Notes under the pieces: model-generated
The model's input: the letters and a program-made list of their open reading frames with translations, nothing else
Told to the model about the DNA's origin: nothing
Database searches by the model: none
Translations under genes and position numbers: made by a program
Origin: Patescibacteria group bacterium
GTDB lineage: Bacteria; Patescibacteriota; Patescibacteriia; Patescibacteriales; UBA12465
NCBI GenBank assembly: GCA_041664445.1
Contig: JBAYKT010000004.1
Location: 9,976-73,975, forward strand
DNA length: 64,000 nt
Direction of reading: 5' to 3'
In this document: positions 1 to 8,299 of the stretch, in pieces
Position numbering within the stretch: position 1 is the first letter of the stretch
Layout of the letters: each line of letters opens with the position of its first letter

Positions 1-348
1 AATTTGATAAGTTTTGGTTTTGCCGTCTTTTTCAATCGTTACCTTGTTTCCTAATTGGACAGTACCATCATTTTGAATTTTAATGATTTCCGCGCGTCCT
101 AATAATTTTTCTAAATCCAGAATACGCTCGTTTAGTCCGCGCAGGCGGCCTTTGGCGACTTGATAGCCGACGTTTTCCGAGAAATCGCCCATCAGCGCTA
201 GACGCTTAACTTCTTCGGCTTCGCGCGGGCGTTTAACGCGCTTCCAAAAATCGAGCTTTTTTACAAGTTCTTGATATTTATCGGCGGTCATCGCCGGGTC
301 GATTTTTTTATCTAGGCGAGGGTCGCCTTTTCTGATGGGGACACGCAT
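1..348 (-). CDS. greA: Transcription elongation factor GreA, N-terminal ~116 aa (C-terminus lies beyond the left edge)
   Basis: Absent from the ORF track because it runs off the window. The reverse complement from ATG (346-348) reads MRVPIRKGDPRLDKKIDPAMTADKYQELVKKLDFWKRVKRPREAEEVKRLALMGDFSENVGYQVAKGRLRGLNERILDLEKLLGRAEII... This matches the GreA coiled-coil pattern (GD.SEN..Y...K.......RI..LE..L). Confidence 0.85.
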   Translation of the reverse strand, partial: MRVPIRKGDPRLDKKIDPAMTADKYQELVKKLDFWKRVKRPREAEEVKRLALMGDFSENVGYQVAKGRLRGLNERILDLEKLLGRAEIIKIQNDGTVQLGNKVTIEKDGKTKTYQI

Positions 349-419
349 ATATTAAAAGTTTATAATTTTATCATAAGCTAAAGTCAGTCTTTTAGCAATT
401 AAGTCTTTAGGCAAAACTA

Positions 420-442
420 AAGCCCGATTTTTGGTCGGGCTT
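420..442 (-). terminator. Hairpin terminator downstream of the 461..1489 gene
   Basis: AAGCCCGA-tttttgg-TCGGGCTT stem-loop. On the minus strand it is followed by the T-rich tract TTTAGTTTTG. Confidence 0.5.
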
Positions 443-460
443 ATTTTAAAAGTCGTTTTT

Positions 461-1489
461 TTATTTTTTAAAATTTATTACCTCCGCTTCTAGCAAGAGG
501 AGCAGAGAAGAGGCCTCTTCATATTCCTGTTGATATTTTTTCAATATCTCTTGAGGTAGTTCTTTGGAGGCGAGATTAAGAATTCTTTGATCTCCGATTG
601 TACAGGAAACAATGAAAAGCCAAGGGTATTCTTCGGAACCGCACTCCAAGAGATCTAGGAGATTAAAAGTTTTTTTCAAATCTTTTAAATCAAGATAGCC
701 GATTGGTCGGCCGGCGGCTTGGGCTTTCAAAAAATATTGATTGCCAGTCTTTAATAATTCTTTGACTTTTTTCATCTCTTCATCCGCTTCCACAAAATCG
801 ATAACCAATTGGTCAATTTCGGCGTCGCGAATACCGGACCAAATTTCGTTAGCAGCCATAGCTAGGGTATTAAAATAGTTTTGAGCTCCTTTTTCGAAAC
901 CGTTGTTGTCAATTATGCAAGCTGCTGCTAAAGAGGCTAAGTAACGGGCCGCTAAACGATTGCGGGCGTTTTCCGCCACAAATTCTTTAGCCGCTTCTCG
1001 CCAATCTTCCTGAACAACAATACCGATGTCCTTAAGGATTTCTAAGCACCGGCGCTCCCCATCAATTATTATTTTTTCTGAGTTTTCACTTCTCAGATAA
1101 GCTAGGGCGCCTGGGCTCCAATTTTCCGGAGCGCTGGTCCATAATTCAATGTCTTGCCGATGTCGGTCAAGGAAAGAAATTAAATTAATGTTGTCTTCAG
1201 GGCAGGTCGGGCAAATATTCAAGAGATAAATTTTTTCGGTAGAAGATAGTTCTTGATAGACTTTGGGAACTTCATCGGTTCCGTTTTCTTCGTCCAACAG
1301 GGCAACCTCTTCGATTAAATTTTCTGCGTAATTAAAGATATTCTTTTTGAGAATATTTTCATTACAGTCTATTTCCCAAGGCGTGGCGGCGATTAAAGAA
1401 ATCAGGTGTTTTTCTGATAATGACCTCATAATAGCGGCAATTGAGAAAATTAATTCCGGATAGCTGGGGTTAAAATAGATTTTAATCAT
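461..1489 (-). CDS. Hypothetical protein, unassigned family (paralogue A of 40966..41841)
   Basis: Long uninterrupted 342-aa ORF with its own terminator. No motif I can assign. Collinear similarity to the 291-aa ORF at 40966..41841 (PELIF..A..IM N-terminus and later blocks). Confidence 0.75.
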   Translation of the reverse strand: MIKIYFNPSYPELIFSIAAIMRSLSEKHLISLIAATPWEIDCNENILKKNIFNYAENLIEEVALLDEENGTDEVPKVYQELSSTEKIYLLNICPTCPEDNINLISFLDRHRQDIELWTSAPENWSPGALAYLRSENSEKIIIDGERRCLEILKDIGIVVQEDWREAAKEFVAENARNRLAARYLASLAAACIIDNNGFEKGAQNYFNTLAMAANEIWSGIRDAEIDQLVIDFVEADEEMKKVKELLKTGNQYFLKAQAAGRPIGYLDLKDLKKTFNLLDLLECGSEEYPWLFIVSCTIGDQRILNLASKELPQEILKKYQQEYEEASSLLLLLEAEVINFKK

Positions 1490-1627
1490 GGCGTATAGTT
1501 TTAAATTGTTAATGTTACGACTTGTTAACTGATTGTCATTTTCAGTTTCCCCTTAATTTACAATTTTCTTTGAAAAAAGTCAAATATTAGCCTGTAATCA
1601 AGGCGGATGTTGGAAAGAGACTTTTCT

Positions 1628-1636
1628 TGGTATAAT
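1628..1636 (+). promoter_or_regulatory. Extended -10 promoter element (TGgTATAAT) upstream of the ECF sigma gene
   Basis: TG at 1628-1629, TATAAT at 1631-1636, about 80 nt upstream of ATG 1717. The -35 is weak (TTGGAA). Confidence 0.4.
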
Positions 1637-1716
1637 GAAATTAAGGTCAATTTCTTTATTATTTGAAGAAAAATAGTTTTTCTCCGTATTAATAAAAAAG
1701 GCCAGTTTAGAGATTT

Positions 1717-2298
1717 ATGATAGAAAACATCGATTTTGAACAAAAAACCGACGAAGAGCTAGTTGTTATTGTTCTGGAAAACCAGAGTGTTTTTTCATAT
1801 TTAGTTAGCCGTTATAAAGATAAGTTGCTGCGATATATCAGGCGCCTATCCAGTGTTGGCTTAGAAGAGGCCGAGGATATGCTGCAGAATATTTTTATTA
1901 AAGTGTATCTTAATCTTAACGATTTTGACGATAGCTTAAAATTTTCTTCCTGGATTTATCGAATTGCCCATAATGAAGTGATAGATAATTACCGCAAGCG
2001 TAAAGCCCGGCCGCAGCTTTTAGATATTGATATTAAAGATAGCCAGATTAGCGAATTAGCCGGAGATACTAATCTATTAGAAGAATTGGCGCGGCAAGAA
2101 TTAAAACAAGAAATTAGCGCTGCTATTTCTCGGATTGATGTTAAATATCAAGAAATGATTATTTTAAAATATTTGGAAGAAAAAGATTATCAAGAAATAT
2201 CTGATATTATTAAAAAGCCCTTAGGCACTGTGGCCTCTAGAATGAATAAGGCGAAAGCGGAACTAAAGAAAGTTTTAAACGCCAATCATAAACTTTAA
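1717..2298 (+). CDS. ECF-type RNA polymerase sigma factor (sigma-70 regions 2 and 4)
   Basis: Region 2 motif FSSWIYRIAHNEVIDNYRKRK. Region 4 HTH YQEISDIIKKPLGTVASRMNKAKAELKK. The 193-aa size is typical of group IV sigmas. Confidence 0.85.
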   Translation: MIENIDFEQKTDEELVVIVLENQSVFSYLVSRYKDKLLRYIRRLSSVGLEEAEDMLQNIFIKVYLNLNDFDDSLKFSSWIYRIAHNEVIDNYRKRKARPQLLDIDIKDSQISELAGDTNLLEELARQELKQEISAAISRIDVKYQEMIILKYLEEKDYQEISDIIKKPLGTVASRMNKAKAELKKVLNANHKL

Positions 2299-2302
2299 AT
2301 AT

Positions 2303-3085
2303 ATGGAGAACAAAACATTCAATAAAGAAATCCTGGAAAAATTGCAGGAATTAAAAATCAAGCCGCGGGCGCGTTGGCATTTTTTGTTGAAAAATTACGC
2401 TATCTGGATTTCCGGTATCTTGGCGCTTTTAGTTGGCGCCGCTTCGGTCTCGGTAATTATTTATCTTTCTAGTTATAACGATTTCGGTATTAGGCAAGAT
2501 ATCAATAAAAGTTTGGGAGAAATGTTATTACTGACTCTGCCTTACTTTTGGCTAATATTTTTAGGTCTCTTTGTTTTTATTGTTTATTATAATTTAAAAC
2601 ATACCAAGACTGGTTATCGTTATTCTATTGGTTTTATTGTCGCCGTGGCCGTTATTGCCAGTGTTTTCTTGGGGGGCATATTTTACGCAGCCGGTGTTGG
2701 AAAAGAATTAGACGAAATTTTAGGCAGAAATGCGCCTTTATATGGCGAAATGATTAATCCCCGAGTTGATTTTTGGTCTAATCCAGAAGAAGGGCGCTTA
2801 ATCGGCATAATCATTGCGCAAGCTGGTGATGAAGACTTTGTATTAATTGATAAAGATCAGCATGAGTGGCTTGTTAAAATTAAAGATGATGATTTTGCCG
2901 CCCTGCCTTTGGTCGGCGGCCCCCTAAGGCTTATTGGTGAGAAAAAATCTGATGATGTTTTCGAGGTATTTAAAATTTTGCCGATGATGCCGGGGCATGG
3001 ATTTTTTAAGAGGATGAATGGTGGTCCTCATCCCCCAGTTCCGGGAGCTCCGCGCATGATGGAGCAAATAGAAATTAATTTTTAA
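2303..3085 (+). CDS. Polytopic membrane protein co-transcribed with the ECF sigma (possible anti-sigma/sensor)
   Basis: 4-nt gap after the sigma gene. About 30 cytoplasmic residues, then 3-4 hydrophobic helices (YAIWISGILALLVGAASVSVIIYL, LLLTLPYFWLIFLGLFVFIVYY, IGFIVAVAVIASVFLGGIFYAAGV), then a ~130-aa external domain with a His/Met/Pro-rich tail. No zf-HC2 motif seen. Confidence 0.45.
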   Translation: MENKTFNKEILEKLQELKIKPRARWHFLLKNYAIWISGILALLVGAASVSVIIYLSSYNDFGIRQDINKSLGEMLLLTLPYFWLIFLGLFVFIVYYNLKHTKTGYRYSIGFIVAVAVIASVFLGGIFYAAGVGKELDEILGRNAPLYGEMINPRVDFWSNPEEGRLIGIIIAQAGDEDFVLIDKDQHEWLVKIKDDDFAALPLVGGPLRLIGEKKSDDVFEVFKILPMMPGHGFFKRMNGGPHPPVPGAPRMMEQIEINF

Positions 3086-3218
3086 AATGAAGAAATTTAT
3101 TTTAAAGGCGTATTAAATAGCAGAGAGGAAAGTTAAGATCTTAACACTCGGCTAATTAATAATTTAAACGTTTTCAGTTTTCTGTAGGGGAAAGCGGAAC
3201 GTTAATCAATCTAAAAAT

Positions 3219-3722
3219 ATGAAAAAAGATAGCTTATTAAAAGGAGCAGCCGTATTCGGTGCTTTAGCATTAATGGCTGGCGGTATGCTGGCGGCCGATG
3301 CCGCCGTTAATAGTTCGCTTACTAATTCCAACAACAGTAATATTAATTCCGATTCCGATTGGGAAGGCCGCGGTAATCGTGGTGCCGGCAATATGACCGG
3401 TTTAACTGATGAGGAAAAAACAGCCAAGATTGCTGAAAGAGAAGCCAACAGAACTGCTAATCAAGCTGCCATGGAAACTAGACGCACCGCTGTTGAAGCG
3501 GCTCTTAGCGCCGGTGACTATGACGCTTGGGTGGCAGCTGAAGGCAGTAATAATCCAATAGTAACCAAGGTTACTAAAGATAATTTTGCCCAGTTTGTTC
3601 AAGCTCATAATTTAATGGAACAAGCGCGAACGATTTTAAGTGGTATTGGTTTAGATGAGAACGCTGGCCATGGAATGGGAATGGGCATGGGTTTAGGCGG
3701 CGGACGCATGATGAATAAATAA
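3219..3722 (+). CDS. Secreted helical protein with Met/Gly-rich C-terminal tail (Spy/ZraP-like by composition)
   Basis: Signal-peptide-like N-terminus MKKDSLLKGAAVFGALALMAGGMLAADA. Helical middle containing LTDEEK. C-terminus GHGMGMGMGLGGGRMMNK. Confidence 0.6.
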   Translation: MKKDSLLKGAAVFGALALMAGGMLAADAAVNSSLTNSNNSNINSDSDWEGRGNRGAGNMTGLTDEEKTAKIAEREANRTANQAAMETRRTAVEAALSAGDYDAWVAAEGSNNPIVTKVTKDNFAQFVQAHNLMEQARTILSGIGLDENAGHGMGMGMGLGGGRMMNK

Positions 3723-3763
3723 AAGTTTAATTAAGTTTTGGGAATAGAGGGGATAAGCGGCAA

Positions 3764-3803
3764 AACACTCGCTCCGGCATAGGGAGCGGGTGTTTTATTT
3801 TTA
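3764..3803 (+). terminator. Rho-independent terminator after 3219..3722
   Basis: 12-bp stem AACACTCGCTCC / GGAGCGGGTGTT (one G-U pair), 7-nt loop, followed by TTTTATTTTT. Confidence 0.65.
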
Positions 3804-3886
3804 AAAAAGAAGCGCCTATGTTAAAATTAAAGGACAGTTTAGGTAAGCGTAATATGCCTAGCTGATAATTTTTTAATTTTGTAATA

Positions 3887-6523
3887 ATGGATAACTCTTT
3901 ATTTTATCAATTGAGCGTAGCCGCTGCTTTTAAAAAATTAGCGACTAAACAATCCGGTTTAGAGACATCGGAAGTCGAGAGCCGCTTAAAGACCCATGGT
4001 TTAAATAAACTGCCGCGTAAAAAAGCTTTGACTGGCCTAAGCCTGTTTTTGGGACAATTTAAAAATCCTTTAGTTTTTATTCTATTTGCCGCTTTAGCGA
4101 TTAGTTTTTTTGCGGGCCATAAAAGCGATTCTTTGATCATCTTTATTGTAATCATGGTCACTAATACGGTGGGATTTTTGCAAGAGTGGAAGGCTAATAA
4201 TGCCTTAGAGAAGCTGGGGCAAGCCGTAACGCATAAAGTAAGAGTTTGGCGCGATAATCAATTATCGATTATTAAAAGAGAATTTTTGGTTCCCGGAGAT
4301 ATTATTGAAATTGCGGCCGGCGACGTTATTCCGGCTGATGCTCGAATTTTTGAGGCCAAAGATCTTAAAGTTAATGAGGCCGCTTTAACCGGCGAATCAC
4401 TGGCGGTTGATAAATCAATTAGAGAATTGAAGACGGAAATCAGTTTGGCCGATAGGAAAAACATGGTTTATCAGGGAACAATTGTCGCCGATGGTTTTGG
4501 TAAAGCGCTCGTTACCGCTACCGGCCAAAATACCGAAATTGGCCAAATTGCGAAGTTAATTAAGGAAACTAGCGAGGGACTGACGCCGCTGCAAAAACAA
4601 ATAAATAATTTCGGCATTAAATTGGGTTTATTTTTAATTGCCGCTAATGTCGTTATTTTTTTAATTGGTATTTTAAGCGGTCGTGATATTTTTGAAATGT
4701 TTATGGTTTCGGTAGTAATTGTGGTCTCGGCTGTTCCTGAAGGGCTGATTCCAGCAATGGCTATTATTTTAGCGATTGGCATGCAGCACCTCGCCAAAAA
4801 ACAAGGCTTAGTCAGGCGCGCAATTGCCGCCGAAACCTTGGGTTCGGTTTCCGTTATTTGCGCTGATAAAACCGGAACCCTGACTCAGGGAGAAATGTTA
4901 GTCGACCGATTCATTGGTGCTAATGGTTTAGAAAAATTAGGCAAAGAAACTTTAGCTTTAAAAATTTCTGTGCTCTGCAATGACGGCTTGATAGAAAATC
5001 CCGGAGACGATTTATCAAAATTGAAAATTTCTGGAAACCCGACCGATAAAGCCCTGTTATTAGCCGGAGCCGGTCTTGGTTTATATCGTCAAGAATTGGA
5101 AAAGATAAATCCGCGTTTAGATGAAATATTATTTTCTTCAACTTCCAAGCTGATGGCCACTTTGAATAAATCGGCAGACGGCCAAGAAATAGTTTATATT
5201 AAGGGAGCCCCCGAAAAATTATTGGCCCAAGCTTCTAAAATTTACGTTGATGGTAAAGAAAAGAAGCTTTCCGCTAAAGATAAAAAAATACAAGCTGATA
5301 AAATTGCCGAGTTTACCGACACCGGCGCGCGGGTGATTGCCTTGGCTTATAAAAATAAAATAACTGGCACCCCCGGTCATTTAGAAGCTGCTGATTTAGA
5401 AGATTTAACTTTAGTGGGTTTCTTTTCACTTCGCGATCAGGTGCGAAGCGATGTTAAACAGGCTATTCAATCTTGCCGCGAGGCGGGGATTAGAGTGGTA
5501 ATAATTACCGGCGACAACGCGCGGACAGCAACCGCCATTGTCAAGGAAATTGGTCTGGAAATTAATAGCCATAATGTGGTTGACGGTGATGAGCTTGATA
5601 AGATGACGGACGACCAGCTGAAAAAACGTATCAGTGATATTCGGCTTTATGCTCGCGTTAGCCCGCATCATAAATTAAGAATCGTTAACGCTTTCCAGGA
5701 AATCGGCAAGACAGTAGCGATGACCGGCGATGGCATTAATGATTCTCCGGCGCTCAAGAAAGCGGATATTGGCGTAGCCATCGGTAGTGGCACGGATGTT
5801 GCCAAGGAAGCAGCCGATTTAGTGCTGCTAGATAATAGTTTTATGACGATTGTGGCCGCCGTTAAACAGGGGCGAATTACCTTTTTAAATATTAGAAAAG
5901 TTATTCTTTATTTATTCACTGATTGTTTTCAGGAGATGATTATTATCGGCGTTTCGGTAATTTTAGGCTGGCCATTGCCGATTTTGCCGGTTCAAGTTCT
6001 TTGGATTAAATTAATTGAAGACCCCTTGCCGGCTGCCAGTTTAGCTTTTGATGTTTCTGACGACAACGTGATGCACGAGCAGCCGCGCCATCGCGAGCAG
6101 CCGTTGCTTACTCCGGCTTTGCAAAAAATAATTGCTTTTTATGCCATTGTGATGGATTGTTTTGCGCTGGCAATTTTTTATTATTATTTTAAAGTTGTAG
6201 GAGATATCGTTTTGGCTCGTAGTGTGATGTTTGCCACTCTTGGCATGAGCACCATGTTTTATATCTATGCCGTCCGAGGTTTAAATACTTCAATTTTTAA
6301 GACCAAGCATTTCTCCAATAAGTTTTTAGTAGGCGCTACTTTTTTGGGAGTGGCGCTTATTGCCGTTTCCGTTTATTTGCCGGTTCTTAATCGCTTGTTA
6401 AATACTGTACCCTTAAGAATCAATGATTGGGCAATCATTTTAGTTTATGGCATTTTAACCATGTTTGTTTTTGAGCTTGGCAAATATATTTCCGGTTATC
6501 GCCGGGAAGTCAAAAAATTGTAA
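3887..6523 (+). CDS. Cation-transporting P-type ATPase, P2 (Ca2+-ATPase-like) type
   Basis: DKTGTLT phosphorylation site, TGDGINDSPALKKADIGVA hinge, TGES actuator motif (LTGESLAV). TM4 motif is PEGL, not CPC, and there is no N-terminal HMA domain. Confidence 0.9.
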   Translation: MDNSLFYQLSVAAAFKKLATKQSGLETSEVESRLKTHGLNKLPRKKALTGLSLFLGQFKNPLVFILFAALAISFFAGHKSDSLIIFIVIMVTNTVGFLQEWKANNALEKLGQAVTHKVRVWRDNQLSIIKREFLVPGDIIEIAAGDVIPADARIFEAKDLKVNEAALTGESLAVDKSIRELKTEISLADRKNMVYQGTIVADGFGKALVTATGQNTEIGQIAKLIKETSEGLTPLQKQINNFGIKLGLFLIAANVVIFLIGILSGRDIFEMFMVSVVIVVSAVPEGLIPAMAIILAIGMQHLAKKQGLVRRAIAAETLGSVSVICADKTGTLTQGEMLVDRFIGANGLEKLGKETLALKISVLCNDGLIENPGDDLSKLKISGNPTDKALLLAGAGLGLYRQELEKINPRLDEILFSSTSKLMATLNKSADGQEIVYIKGAPEKLLAQASKIYVDGKEKKLSAKDKKIQADKIAEFTDTGARVIALAYKNKITGTPGHLEAADLEDLTLVGFFSLRDQVRSDVKQAIQSCREAGIRVVIITGDNARTATAIVKEIGLEINSHNVVDGDELDKMTDDQLKKRISDIRLYARVSPHHKLRIVNAFQEIGKTVAMTGDGINDSPALKKADIGVAIGSGTDVAKEAADLVLLDNSFMTIVAAVKQGRITFLNIRKVILYLFTDCFQEMIIIGVSVILGWPLPILPVQVLWIKLIEDPLPAASLAFDVSDDNVMHEQPRHREQPLLTPALQKIIAFYAIVMDCFALAIFYYYFKVVGDIVLARSVMFATLGMSTMFYIYAVRGLNTSIFKTKHFSNKFLVGATFLGVALIAVSVYLPVLNRLLNTVPLRINDWAIILVYGILTMFVFELGKYISGYRREVKKL

Positions 6524-7918
6524 TTAACGCAATTGGTCTTTATCCTCAACTACTAAGAATTTACCGGTGTACATGCCCATTGAACAAGAGAAGGGGATTT
6601 CGCCGATTTTATCGGGTGTAAATTCTAAGATATTCTCCCCAGGTTTTAATTGTGTTTGAATTTTTAGGGATGGAATTACTAAGGCGCTGGCGCAAGAATA
6701 TGGCGCCTGCGCGTCTATGATAAATTTAACCGGCTGACCTTTAAGAATTGTGAAGTTATTAGGCGAGTAGCCGCGATTGGTTTCTGCCATTCTAATTATG
6801 CGCACTCCATCTTCCTCCTCTATTTTAGAGCTATTAGAATTTGTTTCTTCTTTCGGAGTCGCTAAATTGCTTAGATTAAAGTTGGCAGAAATTTTAAAGA
6901 GGCGGTAGCCGTTAGACAAATTGAAAATTCCGAAAGCAACCACGATTATTCCAGCGATTACAAAGAAGGTGCTGGATTTTTTTTTGCCGCCCAGAACACT
7001 GAGCCCCCCAATTCCTAGAAATCCTGGAGCCGTGCCTAGGGCAAATAGCGCCATAATTAATCCTCCTTGAAGAAAATTTCCGGTTCCCAGGGCGTATATT
7101 TGCATCGCCTGGGTAAATCCACAGGGCAGAAAAAAGGTTAGCGCCCCCAAAACTAAGGGGTCGTTAATTTTTATTATTTTGCCGAATTTTTTCGGCAGCG
7201 AAAAATCGAATTTAGTGAAGCTGGGGAAAATTTCCAGGAGTTTTAAGCCAAGCACTAAAACAACAAAACCGATGATAATAGTTATCAATGAATTAACTAG
7301 CGGCGATAGTTTGAAGGCAGAACCAATGAGTCCTAGGACGCCACCGAGTAGGAAAAAACCGCCCAATCGTCCAAGGTTAAAAAGAATGTGAGGTCGGAAT
7401 TTTTCTCGTCTGGTCGCTTCAGGATGGTTTTGCGCATAATTAGCGGCTAAGCTTAGAACTAAGCCCCCCACTAGTGCTAGACAGGTCGAAACTCCGGCTA
7501 CCAGGCCCACAATAATCGCTAAGGGCCAGGAAAAATCTTGCTCCAATAATCCGCCGAAAGGCAGGGAAGTTGCGCGATTGAGAAGCAGGTAAATAATCGC
7601 CACCGAGGCCATCACGGTAATATAAAAGCTTAAATCTTTTGGCTTATGTTTAGTTTCTGTTAAATCGCAATTTAAATTTTGGTTCTTGTCAGTGTCCGCA
7701 TTATTTTTAATTTTTCCCAAGCCATAGCCGCTTTCTTCTAGGGCTTTTTTAATTTCTTCTATTTTTGGCTTTTCGCCGCTATATTCTATTTCCGCAAATC
7801 CAGTTTTATGATTTACATCAACTTTAGACACTTCCTTAATTTCCCGAAGAGCGTCTTCTGTCAAAATTTCACAGGCTTTGCAATGCAAACCAGAAACGGG
7901 TACGACAAGCTTAGGCAT
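6524..7918 (-). CDS. HMA domain / DsbD_2 (TauE-UreH-like) permease / cupredoxin-like domain fusion protein
   Basis: N-terminal GLHCKAC metal-binding motif. Multi-TM core with GVSTCLALVGG and FFLPCGFTQAM. C-terminal FSCSMGMYTGKFLVVE, typical of Cupredoxin_1-type domains. Confidence 0.8.
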   Translation of the reverse strand: MPKLVVPVSGLHCKACEILTEDALREIKEVSKVDVNHKTGFAEIEYSGEKPKIEEIKKALEESGYGLGKIKNNADTDKNQNLNCDLTETKHKPKDLSFYITVMASVAIIYLLLNRATSLPFGGLLEQDFSWPLAIIVGLVAGVSTCLALVGGLVLSLAANYAQNHPEATRREKFRPHILFNLGRLGGFFLLGGVLGLIGSAFKLSPLVNSLITIIIGFVVLVLGLKLLEIFPSFTKFDFSLPKKFGKIIKINDPLVLGALTFFLPCGFTQAMQIYALGTGNFLQGGLIMALFALGTAPGFLGIGGLSVLGGKKKSSTFFVIAGIIVVAFGIFNLSNGYRLFKISANFNLSNLATPKEETNSNSSKIEEEDGVRIIRMAETNRGYSPNNFTILKGQPVKFIIDAQAPYSCASALVIPSLKIQTQLKPGENILEFTPDKIGEIPFSCSMGMYTGKFLVVEDKDQLR

Positions 7919-7935
7919 ATTTTTATTTTAGCGGC

Positions 7936-8208
7936 TTATTTAGCGGCTAATTTATTAACTTTTAAAATTTCTTCAACCATCTTGGCTTTTAATTTTTCGT
8001 TTTTAGAAGCCATGGCATTTTTAAAGCAAGTATTAAGATGTCCGGCCATGAGCATTTGATGGGCGGATTTCAGGAGACCAATCGCCGCCAAATTTTGCTG
8101 CATAATATCGATGCAATATTCACCGTCGTCAGTCATGGAAATTAATTTGTCCATTAGACTTTTTGCTTTTTTAAAATTAATCATGATGTCTTTTTTGTTC
8201 TCGCTCAT
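7936..8208 (-). CDS. csoR: CsoR-family metal-sensing transcriptional repressor
   Basis: MSENKKDIMINFKKAKSLMDKLISM...YCIDIMQQ...GHLNTCF carries the x-C-H-C ligand pattern of Cu(I)-sensing CsoR. I place the start at ATG 8206-8208 rather than the track start 8283, because a consensus promoter lies inside the longer ORF. Confidence 0.8.
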   Translation of the reverse strand: MSENKKDIMINFKKAKSLMDKLISMTDDGEYCIDIMQQNLAAIGLLKSAHQMLMAGHLNTCFKNAMASKNEKLKAKMVEEILKVNKLAAK

Positions 8209-8227
8209 ATGTTTATTTTGTATTAAT

Positions 8228-8247
8228 CCTAACACCTGGGGTGTAGG
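8228..8247. promoter_or_regulatory. Candidate CsoR operator (GC-rich inverted repeat)
   Basis: CCT(A)ACACC-TGG-GGTGTAGG inverted repeat, 8 nt downstream of the csoR -10 box on the minus strand, so it overlaps the expected transcription start. Confidence 0.45.
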
Positions 8248-8254
8248 TATTAAA

Positions 8255-8283
8255 ATTATACACGCTTGCTTTTGCGCCGTCAA
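8255..8283 (-). promoter_or_regulatory. sigma70-type promoter of csoR and the HMA-permease gene
   Basis: The minus strand reads TTGACG - 17 nt - TATAAT (plus-strand coordinates 8278-8283 and 8255-8260). Confidence 0.65.
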
Positions 8284-8299
8284 ATGCTATATTTAAATT

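Noticed and set aside
3132-3145. 14-bp perfect palindrome GTTAAGATCTTAAC between the membrane-protein gene and the Met-rich secreted protein gene
   Set aside because: By my own rough estimate, several perfect 14-bp palindromes could arise by chance in 64 kb of AT-rich DNA. There is no adjacent promoter geometry or second copy to support an operator role.
3887-6523. Interpreting the P-type ATPase as the copper exporter of the neighbouring CsoR locus
   Set aside because: TM4 carries PEGL rather than CPC/CPH, and there is no N-terminal HMA domain. These are features of P2 (Ca2+-type) pumps, not P1B copper pumps. The adjacency is convergent, not operonic.
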